Below are positions 30,259 to 40,326 of a DNA stretch of 64,000 nt, piece by piece. Source of the stretch: an uncultured delta proteobacterium (GTDB taxonomy: Bacteria; Desulfobacterota; Desulfobacteria; Desulfobacterales; SG8-13); the NCBI GenBank assembly GCA_963848135.1, contig CAWKCK010000001.1, positions 62,001-126,000 on the forward strand. Reading direction: 5' to 3'. The position numbers and the translations under genes were made by a program. Each line of letters begins with the position of its first letter. Positions within the stretch are counted from its first letter, which is position 1. The notes below the pieces were generated by a model, which was not told the origin of the DNA, ran no database searches, and was given only the letters and a program-made list of their open reading frames with translations.

Positions 30259-31020
30259 ATGAAAGAGCAGATTCATTTCAACAACCAATGGGGAGAAAAG
30301 CTGGCGGGTACGCTGCATATTCCGAAGACATCCGAAGGACGCGGAGTGGTCCTGGGACACTGTTTTACTTGCTCGCGACACACGGGTATCCTGCGGCAAC
30401 TGGCCGATGACCTGAGTCGGGAGGGTTTCATCTGCCTGCGTTTCGATTTTTCCGGCAATGGACAAAGCGACGGCGATTTTACCGCGTCGACATACAGCAA
30501 ACAAATTTCCGAAATGCAGACGGCGGTTGAACTTCTCGAAGGCCGGGGTGCGGATTGGATCGGTGTTGCCGGTCACAGCATGGGGGGGCTGATATCCTTC
30601 CTCACCGGGATCCGGACCGACAGCGTCAAGGCCGTCTGTGCGTTAGCAAGCCGTCTGACGGGCATTCGCGCGACGCATTTCCTGAGCCGGGAGCAACAAA
30701 GCACCCTGAAACATACCGGAGAAGTTTTCTTCAACAGCCGTGGGCGATCACTCAAGCTGACCGGCGCGTTCTTTGCGGACGCCGACAACTTTAATCCGGT
30801 CGATCTCATCAAAACCTTTCACAAACCGCTGTTGGTTGTTCACGGGGACATGGATGAGATCATACCGGTAGAAGAGGCCTATAAGGTAAAGGATTTGAGC
30901 AGCGAAAGAGTGGATTTGGCGATCGTGCCGAATGCGGATCACATGTTCAGCCAGGAGGAAGACCGACGGGACATATCGCAAATTGCCGTGAGCTGGTTTA
31001 AAGAGCAGAGTGAGTCATAA
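30259..31020 (+). CDS. Alpha/beta hydrolase
   Basis: HCFTC, RFDFSGNGQS, GHSMGG, HGDMD, ADHMF. Confidence 0.9.
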   Translation: MKEQIHFNNQWGEKLAGTLHIPKTSEGRGVVLGHCFTCSRHTGILRQLADDLSREGFICLRFDFSGNGQSDGDFTASTYSKQISEMQTAVELLEGRGADWIGVAGHSMGGLISFLTGIRTDSVKAVCALASRLTGIRATHFLSREQQSTLKHTGEVFFNSRGRSLKLTGAFFADADNFNPVDLIKTFHKPLLVVHGDMDEIIPVEEAYKVKDLSSERVDLAIVPNADHMFSQEEDRRDISQIAVSWFKEQSES

Positions 31021-31049
31021 CCCGAAAATTTTCCTGAAGGGATTGTCAT

Positions 31050-33782
31050 ATGGATGGGTTCGAGACCTTTAACGCGGAATATATTGACGAGCAATACCGG
31101 CGCTGGAAAGCTGCGCCAGGATCGGTTTCCAGAGACTGGCAAAATTTTTTTAAAGGATTCGAGATCGCTTATGACCAGGCCCCTGTCATTGCCGGCGTTT
31201 TAAACCAGGATCAGGTGCTCAAACAGAGCCGGGTGATGGCGTTGAAACACCGCTACCGCGAACTCGGTCACCTGCTGGCCTGTATGGATCCTCTGGCCGC
31301 TTGTCCAACCGATCACCCACTGCTCAGCCTGGAAACTTTCGGCCTCTCTTTGGAGGATCTGGAACAGGAATTCTTCACCCATCAGTTGGATGGAGAGAAA
31401 AAAGCCCCTCTTAAAGACATACTCAGAAATCTCAAAGAAACATACAGTCGATCCGTCGGTGTCGAATACATGCACCTGCAGGACCCGGACGAACGCCACT
31501 GGTTGCAGGAGCGCATGGAGCCGGTTCAGAACCGGACACCGTTGGATGCATCGGAGAAATGGCATGTATTGAAACAACTGACCCAATCCACCCTGTTCGA
31601 GGAGTTTCTCAACCGAAAGTACGTTGGCGTGACCCGTTTTTCACTCGAAGGCGGCGACGCTGTCATACCATTGTTGGGTGCCTTGACGGTGCGGGCCGCC
31701 GACCAGGGCACCCGGGAGATTATCCTGGGTATGGCCCACAGAGGTCGACTGAACGTTCAGGCGCATATTCTGCAGAAATCATACTACGACATCTTCTCCG
31801 AGTTCGAAAGCTGTTATGATCCCGAGAACTTGATCGGTGCCGGCGATGTGAAGTACCACAACGGATTTCTTGCCGACATCGAAACGGCCAAAGGGCACCC
31901 CCTCAGGCTTTACCTGGTCAACAATCCCAGTCATCTGGAAGCGGTCAATCCGGTCGTGGAGGGTTTTGCAAAGGCGCGGCAGGACATTCTGGGCGATGCT
32001 GACGGCCGTCAGGTACTGCCGGTTCTGATTCACGGTGATGCGGCGTTCGCCGGCCAGGGTCTCGTTATGGAAACCCTCAACATGTCGCAGCTTGACGGTT
32101 ACCGCACCGGCGGAACCGTGCACCTCATCATAAACAACCAGATCGGTTATACCACCCTTCCTAAGGACGCGCGGTCAACCCGCTATTCTACCGATGTGGC
32201 TAAAATGATTTTGGCGCCGATTTTTCATGTACATGGGGAGGACCCTGAAGCCGTGGTGCACGTCAGCCGGTTGGCGGCGGACTATCGGATGACTTTCATG
32301 AAAGACGTTGTCATCGATATTGTCTGTTACCGGCGGTACGGTCACAACGAAGGTGATGAGCCCTATTTCACCCAACCGCTCATGTATGAGCGCATACGGG
32401 AACGTCCTTCGCTCAATCGGATTTATGCCGACCGGCTTATGGAAGAGGGTCTGGTAGAGAAGTCGCAGCTCGATGAAATCGAAAAAACGATATCCGATCG
32501 ACTGGTGTCTGATTTCGAAGAGGTTCACGGCAGTGCCTGCCCGTTTCCACAGGATCGGTTTTACGAAAACTGGGACGGTTTAACCGGTCGTTACACCCAC
32601 ACCCCGTTGAAAACAGGTGTCGCAAAGAACACCCTGATCGGCCTGGCAAGCAAGCTCGGCCACTACCCGCCTAAATTTAACCTGTTTCCGAAACTGAAGC
32701 GGCAACTTGCCAAACGGCTCGAAAACGTCGAGAGTGGCGATGGGATTGACTGGGCCACTGCCGAAGCCTTGGCTTTTGCATCACTTTTGGTTGAGGGCTT
32801 TCCCGTCAGGCTCAGTGGTCAGGACAGCGCACGCGGCACATTCAGCCAGCGCCACAGTGTTCTCGTGGATACTAAAACAGGTGAACACTATACGCCCCTC
32901 AATCATCTAGATGATTCCCAGGCACTTTACACAGTTTACAACAGTCCGCTGGCCGAGGCGAGCGTATTGGGTTTCGATTATGGTTATTCCCTGGCCCGGC
33001 CTGAAGGGTTGACACTCTGGGAAGCCCAGTTCGGTGACTTTGTCAACAATGCCCAGGCCGTGGTCGATCTCTTTATTGCCAGTGGTGAAGCCAAGTGGCA
33101 GCGGTTGAGCGGATTGGTGCTTTTGCTGCCCCACGGGATGGAGGGCTTGGGACCGGAACATTCCAGCGCCCGCTTGGAGCGTTTTCTGCAATTGTGTGCC
33201 GTAGACAACATGCAGGTTTGCAACCCAACCACACCGGCCCAGTATTTTCATTTGTTGCGGCGCCAGGTCAAACGGACTTTTCGTAAACCACTGGTGACCA
33301 TGACGCCCAAAAGCCTCCTGCGGCACCCCCTGGCAGTGTCGGTCCTCAAGGATCTTTCGACCGGTGCTTTCGCGGAGGTCCTGGACGATGCGGCCGCGTA
33401 CAAGAAGGCGACGCGCGTTCTGCTGTGCTGTGGTAAAATTCATTACGGACTGTTGCAACGGCGGGTGGACCTTAAGCGCAAGAACACCGCTGTGCTGCGT
33501 CTCGAACAACTTTATCCGGTCCCGGCCAAACAGCTAAAGACGATTGTTAGCCGCTACAAACAGGCCAAAGAATGGCGCTGGGTGCAGGAGGAGCCGGAAA
33601 ACATGGGTGCATGGCAATTTATTCGTCCGCACCTGGAAAAGATTATCGGTCACCAGGTGGCCTATATCGGTCGGCCGGGGGCCGCCAGTCCGGCAACCGG
33701 ATTTCCGGCTATCTACAGACAGCAACAGGAAGCCATTCTGGAGCAGGCATTGGGTTCCGATCCTAACGGCAGCGTGAGCTAA
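31050..33782 (+). CDS. sucA: 2-oxoglutarate dehydrogenase E1
   Basis: GMAHRGRLN, GDVKYH, HGDAAFAGQG, WEAQFGDF, GPEHSSARLERFLQL. Confidence 0.96.
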   Translation: MDGFETFNAEYIDEQYRRWKAAPGSVSRDWQNFFKGFEIAYDQAPVIAGVLNQDQVLKQSRVMALKHRYRELGHLLACMDPLAACPTDHPLLSLETFGLSLEDLEQEFFTHQLDGEKKAPLKDILRNLKETYSRSVGVEYMHLQDPDERHWLQERMEPVQNRTPLDASEKWHVLKQLTQSTLFEEFLNRKYVGVTRFSLEGGDAVIPLLGALTVRAADQGTREIILGMAHRGRLNVQAHILQKSYYDIFSEFESCYDPENLIGAGDVKYHNGFLADIETAKGHPLRLYLVNNPSHLEAVNPVVEGFAKARQDILGDADGRQVLPVLIHGDAAFAGQGLVMETLNMSQLDGYRTGGTVHLIINNQIGYTTLPKDARSTRYSTDVAKMILAPIFHVHGEDPEAVVHVSRLAADYRMTFMKDVVIDIVCYRRYGHNEGDEPYFTQPLMYERIRERPSLNRIYADRLMEEGLVEKSQLDEIEKTISDRLVSDFEEVHGSACPFPQDRFYENWDGLTGRYTHTPLKTGVAKNTLIGLASKLGHYPPKFNLFPKLKRQLAKRLENVESGDGIDWATAEALAFASLLVEGFPVRLSGQDSARGTFSQRHSVLVDTKTGEHYTPLNHLDDSQALYTVYNSPLAEASVLGFDYGYSLARPEGLTLWEAQFGDFVNNAQAVVDLFIASGEAKWQRLSGLVLLLPHGMEGLGPEHSSARLERFLQLCAVDNMQVCNPTTPAQYFHLLRRQVKRTFRKPLVTMTPKSLLRHPLAVSVLKDLSTGAFAEVLDDAAAYKKATRVLLCCGKIHYGLLQRRVDLKRKNTAVLRLEQLYPVPAKQLKTIVSRYKQAKEWRWVQEEPENMGAWQFIRPHLEKIIGHQVAYIGRPGAASPATGFPAIYRQQQEAILEQALGSDPNGSVS

Positions 33783-33896
33783 TTCTGTGCGCGAGGCAGA
33801 ATGCCGAAGGCTCAGAAGAAGCCATCACGGGCCGTAGATCGCCCCAAAGTTTCATTTGCTTTCAGCCGTGAACGTTGACTTTTTTAAGGAGAAATT

Positions 33897-35210
33897 ATGC
33901 TGGTTGAAATTAAAGTTCCCAGTGTGGGAGAATCGGTAACCGAAGCGATATTGGCCGAATGGTTCAAGAAAGACGGCGATCCGGTGCGAAAAGGCGAGGC
34001 GCTGTATGTGCTCGAAACCGACAAGGTCACTCTGGAAGTGGAGGCTGAAGCGGACGGCGTGCTCAAGATCGGTGTGGCCGAGGGCGAAACGGTGGCTATC
34101 GGGGCTGTTGTCGGAACCATTGACACCGCGGCGGAAACAGGTGCTGCCCCTGATCGCGAACCTGACAGCCAAGACGCAGCCCCTGCGGCGGCGCCTCAAG
34201 CGCCAAAGGCCGCTGCGGTTGAGGCGCCGGCGGCGCCGCCGGATTTGGAAAAGCCACCGGTAAATAGAGAGCCGGTGCCGCCGGTAGCGGAACACGCCGG
34301 TGAGTTACCCCCGGATGTGGTCCTATCACCGGCAGTGCGGCGGCTGGTCAAGGAAAAAGGCATCGATGTCCAGGCGTTGAGTGGGACCGGACCTGGCGGC
34401 CGCATCACCAAGGGCGATGTGGTCCTGTACCTTGAGACCCGCGAGACCGTGAAAGCCGCCCCGGGGGGCGGGGAATTGACCGATCCCGCGGTCGAAGCAC
34501 CGGTGACGGGTAGCGAAACCTCCCGCAAACCGATGACCCCCATCCGCCAGCGCATCGCTGCCCGTTTGTTGGAGGCCCGCCAAAATACAGCGATGCTGAC
34601 GACGTTCAACGACATCGATATGAGCCGGGTGATGTCGATCCGTTCGCGATACAAGGAGGTTTTTCAGAAAAAATACGACGTATCCCTCGGCTTCATGTCT
34701 TTTTTCATCAAGGCCAGTGTCGAGGCACTCAAGGAAACGCCGGAAATCAATGCGTTTATCGACGGCAAAGAAATCGTTTACAATCATCGGTATCATATCG
34801 GCGTGGCCATCGGCACCGGGCGAGGCCTGGTGGTGCCGGTGATCCGTAATGCCGAAACACTCGGTTTGGCCCAAATGGAAAAGGCCATCGTGGGTTATGT
34901 CAACAAGATCAAGGATAACCGGCTGGACCTGGCCGACCTGGAAGGCGGTACATTCACGATTACCAACGGCGGAGTATTCGGCTCGCTGCTGAGCACGCCG
35001 ATCTTGAATACGCCGCAGAGTGGCATTCTCGGTATGCACCGGATTGAGAAACGGCCGATCGTAGTGGACGACGAGATCGTCGTGCGGCCCATGATGTATG
35101 TGGCGCTCAGTTACGACCACCGCATCGTGGATGGTCGTGAGGCCGTGACTTTCTTGCGGCGCATCAAAGAATTCGTTGAAAACCCGGAACGCATGCTAAT
35201 GGAGATCTAA
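33897..35210 (+). CDS. sucB: Dihydrolipoamide succinyltransferase E2
   Basis: Lipoyl motif ETDKV, GTGPGGRITK, SYDHRIVDG. Confidence 0.96.
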   Translation: MLVEIKVPSVGESVTEAILAEWFKKDGDPVRKGEALYVLETDKVTLEVEAEADGVLKIGVAEGETVAIGAVVGTIDTAAETGAAPDREPDSQDAAPAAAPQAPKAAAVEAPAAPPDLEKPPVNREPVPPVAEHAGELPPDVVLSPAVRRLVKEKGIDVQALSGTGPGGRITKGDVVLYLETRETVKAAPGGGELTDPAVEAPVTGSETSRKPMTPIRQRIAARLLEARQNTAMLTTFNDIDMSRVMSIRSRYKEVFQKKYDVSLGFMSFFIKASVEALKETPEINAFIDGKEIVYNHRYHIGVAIGTGRGLVVPVIRNAETLGLAQMEKAIVGYVNKIKDNRLDLADLEGGTFTITNGGVFGSLLSTPILNTPQSGILGMHRIEKRPIVVDDEIVVRPMMYVALSYDHRIVDGREAVTFLRRIKEFVENPERMLMEI

Positions 35211-35212
35211 TT

Positions 35213-36604
35213 ATGGCCCGAAAAGAGCAATACGACCTGGTTGTCGTCGGTGGTGGCCCCGGCGGGTACGTGGCGGCCGCACACGCGGCCCAGCTGGGAA
35301 TGAAAGTCGCCTGTGTGGAAAAAGAATCCCGCCTGGGGGGAGTCTGCCTGCGGGTGGGCTGTATTCCGAGCAAGGCGCTGCTCGACTCCAGTGAATTCTA
35401 CCACATGGCCCGGGAGAAATTTGTCGAGCACGGCATCAAAACCGGGAAGGTTTCTTTAGACCTGGCGGCCATGATGGCCCGTAAAGACAAGGTGGTGGAA
35501 GAGCTAACGGACAATGTGAAGCGGTTACTCGAGCGCAACAAGATCCAGATCATACAGGGCACCGGGAGCCTGGCGGGCGAAAATCTGGTCGAAGTGATAG
35601 ATAATGATGGTAAAAAGCAATCGATTCAGGCCGGATCGATTCTCCTGGCCACCGGAAGTGAACCGGTTTCGGTTCCGGGATTGGATTTCGACGGGAAGCA
35701 TATCCTGAGTTCGACCGAGGCCTTGAAGTTGAGCGCTGTTCCCAAAAAGCTTGGTGTGGTCGGCGGCGGATACATTGGTTTGGAGCTGGGTTCGGTCTGG
35801 ATGCGGTTGGGTTCTAAAGTGACTGTTATCGAAATGTTACCCGGTATCGCCACGGGCCTGGACGGCCAGGTGGGACGGACCCTGCAGCGTATCCTGAAAA
35901 AGCAGGGTTTCGAATTCCGCTTGAAAACCAAGGTCACCGGCGCAGCCGTGACCGCCAAGAAGGTCACTGTTTCTATTGAAACCGACGGCAAGAAAGAGAA
36001 GCTAGCGTTCGACCGTCTTCTTGTGGCTGTTGGGCGTCGACCGCTGACCAAGGGACTGAATCTGGAAGAAATCGGTGTGGATACCGATGAGAAGACCGGG
36101 CAGGTCATTGTCGACGAAAGTTACCGCACCAGTGTCAAGAGCATCTATGCCATCGGTGACCTGATTGCCGGTCCCATGCTGGCTCACAAGGCCTCGGCCG
36201 AAGGCATTGCCGCGGTGGAATGTATGGCCGGAAAACCCGGCGAAGTGAATTACGATGCAATACCAGCCATCATTTACACCTGGCCGGAGGTGGCCGCTGT
36301 CGGTCTTACAGAAGAACAGGTCAAGGAGAGAAAGATTCCTTACCGGACCGGCAATTATCCTTTTACCGGTGTCGGGCGGGCACGCTGCCTCGGAGAAACC
36401 GAGGGCCTTGTCAAAGTGATCGCCCACAAAAAAACCGATCGCATCCTGGGTGTCCACATCATTGGGGCCCGCGCGGCGGATATGATTGCCGAGTGCGTAC
36501 TGGCGGTCGAGTTCGGTGCCAGCAGCGAAGATATTGCCCGCACCGTTCACGGGCATCCGACATTCTCTGAAGCACTCATGGAAGCCGCCATGGCCGTTAA
36601 GTAG
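35213..36604 (+). CDS. lpdA: Dihydrolipoamide dehydrogenase E3
   Basis: GGGPGGY, GGVCLRVGCIPSK, HPTFSE. Confidence 0.96.
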   Translation: MARKEQYDLVVVGGGPGGYVAAAHAAQLGMKVACVEKESRLGGVCLRVGCIPSKALLDSSEFYHMAREKFVEHGIKTGKVSLDLAAMMARKDKVVEELTDNVKRLLERNKIQIIQGTGSLAGENLVEVIDNDGKKQSIQAGSILLATGSEPVSVPGLDFDGKHILSSTEALKLSAVPKKLGVVGGGYIGLELGSVWMRLGSKVTVIEMLPGIATGLDGQVGRTLQRILKKQGFEFRLKTKVTGAAVTAKKVTVSIETDGKKEKLAFDRLLVAVGRRPLTKGLNLEEIGVDTDEKTGQVIVDESYRTSVKSIYAIGDLIAGPMLAHKASAEGIAAVECMAGKPGEVNYDAIPAIIYTWPEVAAVGLTEEQVKERKIPYRTGNYPFTGVGRARCLGETEGLVKVIAHKKTDRILGVHIIGARAADMIAECVLAVEFGASSEDIARTVHGHPTFSEALMEAAMAVK

Positions 36605-36744
36605 TTTCCGTTCAAAAATGGCCCTTTACTACAATTTCGGTGTCAATTAACGGAATTGTTTGTGCGACATACGAGAGTATGCCTCCGCACAATTCCATGA
36701 TTTCCTTGAACTTGAAGAAAATTGCACATTTCTGGATCGGAAAC
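36604..36744. repeat. Short intergenic element with imperfect terminal inverted repeats (MITE/REP-like)
   Basis: GTTTCCGTTCAAAAATG ... CATTTCTGGATCGGAAAC; single copy in the window. Confidence 0.5.
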
Positions 36745-36885
36745 AAATGTGTGCCCATTCAAAAACTGTGGCTGGGGTGCTAAGTTGTTTCAGATGATAT
36801 TTTGGGCTGAAAAATCGGCAAGGGGGTACGCGAAGAACTCTAAGGCGGTATGACGAGCCCGTAAAATTGGGGAGCAGATAACTCT

Positions 36886-36926
36886 AACCGGACGCCGGTA
36901 CTTTTTGAAGTGCCGGTGTCCGGTTT
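36886..36926. terminator. Hairpin terminator between convergent lpdA and cydX
   Basis: AACCGGACGCCGGTAC ... GTGCCGGTGTCCGGTT stem. Confidence 0.7.
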
Positions 36927-36935
36927 ATTTTACCA

Positions 36936-37055
36936 TCATTCCACGGTTTTTTCCTTTTCCGGCCCCAGCATCTCTTCAGCTTCCATCCACATGACGTTGA
37001 TAATGCCGAAGGCACAGGCTAGTAAAACCCCCAGAATCCACGAAAAATACCACAT
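36936..37055 (-). CDS. cydX: Cytochrome bd oxidase small subunit CydX (39 aa, absent from the ORF track)
   Basis: MWYFSWILGVLLACAFGIINVMWME; GAGGTG RBS; directly after cydB. Confidence 0.92.
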   Translation of the reverse strand: MWYFSWILGVLLACAFGIINVMWMEAEEMLGPEKEKTVE

Positions 37056-37085
37056 AGAACACCTCTCTTTCTATCGTCTTCGGTC

Positions 37086-38237
37086 TTAATATGCCGTGTG
37101 CGTCTCTTCGCGAATTTTTTCTTCCGTCACCTTTCCGCGCATGACGCGATAGACCCAGCTGGTGTATGCCAGAACAATGGGCAGGAAGACCACAACGGCA
37201 ACAAACATCAAATTTAACGTCCGGTGGCTGGATGTGGCGTCAAAAGCTGTCAGGCCACTGCTTGGAACGGTGCTCGACGGCATGATGAACGGAAACATGG
37301 ACAGTGTGGCCGTCAATATAACACCGGCCAAAGCGGCGCTGCTGAATATGAAAGCAATACCCGGTCGGTTGGCCCGGGACATCAGGAGTGCCAGGATGCC
37401 GCCGGCGAACGCTAAGATCGGCGCCAGTATCATCCACGGGTAAGCCGAATAATTTCCCATCCAGGCACCGACCGCGATCTCAACCGTTTTGTCCAGGGGC
37501 GTCATAACGCCACCGGGATCCGGTGCGGAAACGATGCGGTATCCCTCGAATCCGTAGGCCTGCCAGATGCCGGCCAGGGCAAAGGTGACCATGAAGATAA
37601 GACTGAAGGCGAGAACCGCTTTCTTCGCACGGTGGTAAATCTCCCCCTCGGTGCGAATCTGCAGATAGACCGCCCCATGCATGATCAGCATCGAGAGACT
37701 CACAACACCGGCCAACAGAGCGAAGGGGTTGATCACCAGTCCCCAGAAGCTTCCGGTGTAAAAGGGCCGCATAAAATCGTCCAAGTGGAACGGAACCCCT
37801 TGCAGCAGATTGCCGAAAGCCACGCCGAAGACCAGCGCCGGCACGAGGCCGCCGATAAACAGACCCCAATCCCAGGCTTTGCGCCACCGCGGATCCTCTA
37901 CCTTGCTGCGGTAATCGAATCCCACCGGGCGAAAAAACAGGGCAAAGAGCACCAGTAGCAAGGCCCAGTAAAACCCGGAAAATGCGGCCGCGTAAACGAA
38001 CGGCCAGGCGGCGAATATGGCACCGCCAGCGGTGATGAACCAGACTTGGTTTCCTTCCCAGGTCGCACCGATGGAGTTGATCACGACACGTCGCTGATCG
38101 TCGTTTTTACCCACAAACGGTAGGAGGACGCCGATCCCCAGGTCGAATCCGTCCATGATGGCAAAACCGATTAAAAGCGTACAAACAAGCAGCCACCAGA
38201 TGACTTTCAATGTGTAATAGTCCAATAATATCGGCAT
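37086..38237 (-). CDS. cydB: Cytochrome bd oxidase subunit II
   Basis: DGFDLGIG, WEGNQVW, FFRPVGFDYRSK. Confidence 0.96.
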   Translation of the reverse strand: MPILLDYYTLKVIWWLLVCTLLIGFAIMDGFDLGIGVLLPFVGKNDDQRRVVINSIGATWEGNQVWFITAGGAIFAAWPFVYAAAFSGFYWALLLVLFALFFRPVGFDYRSKVEDPRWRKAWDWGLFIGGLVPALVFGVAFGNLLQGVPFHLDDFMRPFYTGSFWGLVINPFALLAGVVSLSMLIMHGAVYLQIRTEGEIYHRAKKAVLAFSLIFMVTFALAGIWQAYGFEGYRIVSAPDPGGVMTPLDKTVEIAVGAWMGNYSAYPWMILAPILAFAGGILALLMSRANRPGIAFIFSSAALAGVILTATLSMFPFIMPSSTVPSSGLTAFDATSSHRTLNLMFVAVVVFLPIVLAYTSWVYRVMRGKVTEEKIREETHTAY

Positions 38238-38264
38238 GGTTAATTCTCCTTAAAAGTTCCGTAT

Positions 38265-39840
38265 TCAAGCGATCGTCCCGGTCGGTTCTTCCTGTTCTAA
38301 ATGGTAGCGGCCCGTATGCAGGCTGCTGGGGCCGATACGCACGAACTTCACCATCAGGTAAAGTTCAGCAATCAGAAAGATCGTATAGAGACCGACGAGC
38401 GCCAGTATACTGCCGATTAAATCTCCTGTGGTCAGGGACGATACCGACAAAAAGGTCGGCAAAACATCGCCGATACTCCAGGGCTGCCGCCCATACTCGG
38501 CCACGAACCACCCGGCCCAGATGGCCAACCAGGGCAGTGGAAGGCTGTACAATAGCGTTTTGAGCAGCCAGCGCTTCTCCTCGAAGACACGCTTGGCGCA
38601 ATAGTAAAATGAAATGCCGATCAAGAACAGAAGGTAAAATCCGATACCGACCATGAAGCGGAAAGTCCAGAACATCAATCCCACGTGCGGGATTGTTCCC
38701 CGGGCAGCCAATTGAATCTGCTCCTCGCTCGCATCCACCACCTTTGAGGTGTAGCGCTTCAAAAGTAAACCGTAACCGAGATTCTCGGCAACGGATTTGA
38801 ACCGACCGGCCGTTTCTTCAGAACTGTCACCGGCCCGTATTTGTTCGAGCAAGCCGTATGCCGTCATACCCTGGCGGATTCGGACCTCATTTTCGGCAAT
38901 CAGATCTTTGATACCGGGAATGGGTTCGTCCAGGGATCGGGTCACGATGATGCTCCCCAGCCATGGAATTTTTATGGCCCCGTGGGTTTTCTGGGCCTCC
39001 TGGTCGGGGAAACCGAAAAGGGTGAAAGAGCTGGGCGTCGGATCTGTTTCCCAGTGGGCTTCCATGGCGGCGAGCTTGACTTTCTGAACCTGGCCGGTGA
39101 CAAAACCACTCTGGTCACCGAGGACGATGACCGACAATATCGACGCCAGGCCGAATCCCGTTGCCACGGCAAAGGAACGCCGGGCAAAGGCAAGATCCCT
39201 GCCCTTAAGAAGGTACAAGGCGCTGATACCCAATACAAACAGCGATGCTGCGACATACCCGGCACCCACACGTGTGGACGAACTTGACTTGGGCCACCGG
39301 GTTGAAAAACAGCTCTGCGAAACTCGCCAGTTCCATGCGCATGGTTTCGGGGTTGAATACGGCCCCAGCCGGAAAGTTCATCCAGCCGTTGGCCACCAGA
39401 ATCCAGAGGGCCGAGAGGTTGGATCCCAAAGCTACCAGGAAAGTGGCCGTTAGGTGGCCGCGTTTGCTCAACCGGTCCCAACCGAAAAAGAAAAGGCCTA
39501 CAAAGGTGGATTCCAGGAAAAAGGCCATGAGGCCCTCGATGGCCAGCGGCGCACCAAAAATATCGCCGACATAATGCGAGTAGTAAGCCCAGTTGGTGCC
39601 GAACTGAAATTCCATGGTCAGGCCGGTGGTGACGCCCAGCGCAAAATTAATGCCGAAAAGTTTGCCCCAGAAACGGGTCATATCCTTGTATATCTCTTTG
39701 CCGGTCATAACGTAGACCGATTCCATGATGAAGAGAATCCAGGACAACCCGAGGGTCAATGGCACGAAAATGAAGTGGTACATTGCCGTCAAGGCAAATT
39801 GCCAACGTGACAGGTCGACGAACAAGTCGGAGAATGGCAT
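38265..39840 (-). CDS. cydA: Cytochrome bd oxidase subunit I, long Q-loop (apparent +1 frameshift near 39270)
   Basis: [38 protein letters not shown]. The two ORFs join as KFVHTVGAGY. Confidence 0.93.
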
Positions 39841-40326
39841 GGTGATAACTCCTTTTACCGACGATTAACGGTGCAAAAATCGGTGGACGGTTAAACCTGG
39901 TTTGAACGATTGTCGCGTTTGCCGCAGATGGAAGTAAAGATGACGGTTCGCTATAGTTGAGCATGCGAAACGACATCTAACACCTTAGATGAGGAAAGGC
40001 CGACAATCCCGAAGGGTTTCAAAGTTTAAAGATCGTTACTGATGGTATTTTCCCGAATAGCCGGGAATCCCGTTCTTTTAACAATTTGAAACACGCCGTT
40101 TAGGTGTTATTATGTGCGCAATCAGGCAATCGGCTGCAAGGCGATACCATATGTCCCGAAGGATTGATATTGGCAACCGGTTATTCGGGTCGGCCAGGGT
40201 GTTGGAAAAAACGATGGTATTTGCCAAATCCCGTGCACATTATGGTACTTTGGCCATTTGCAGGTGCCTGTTCATTATTGTGATGAATCCCTAATATACG
40301 AATCTCCCCCTGTCAACGATTTTGCC

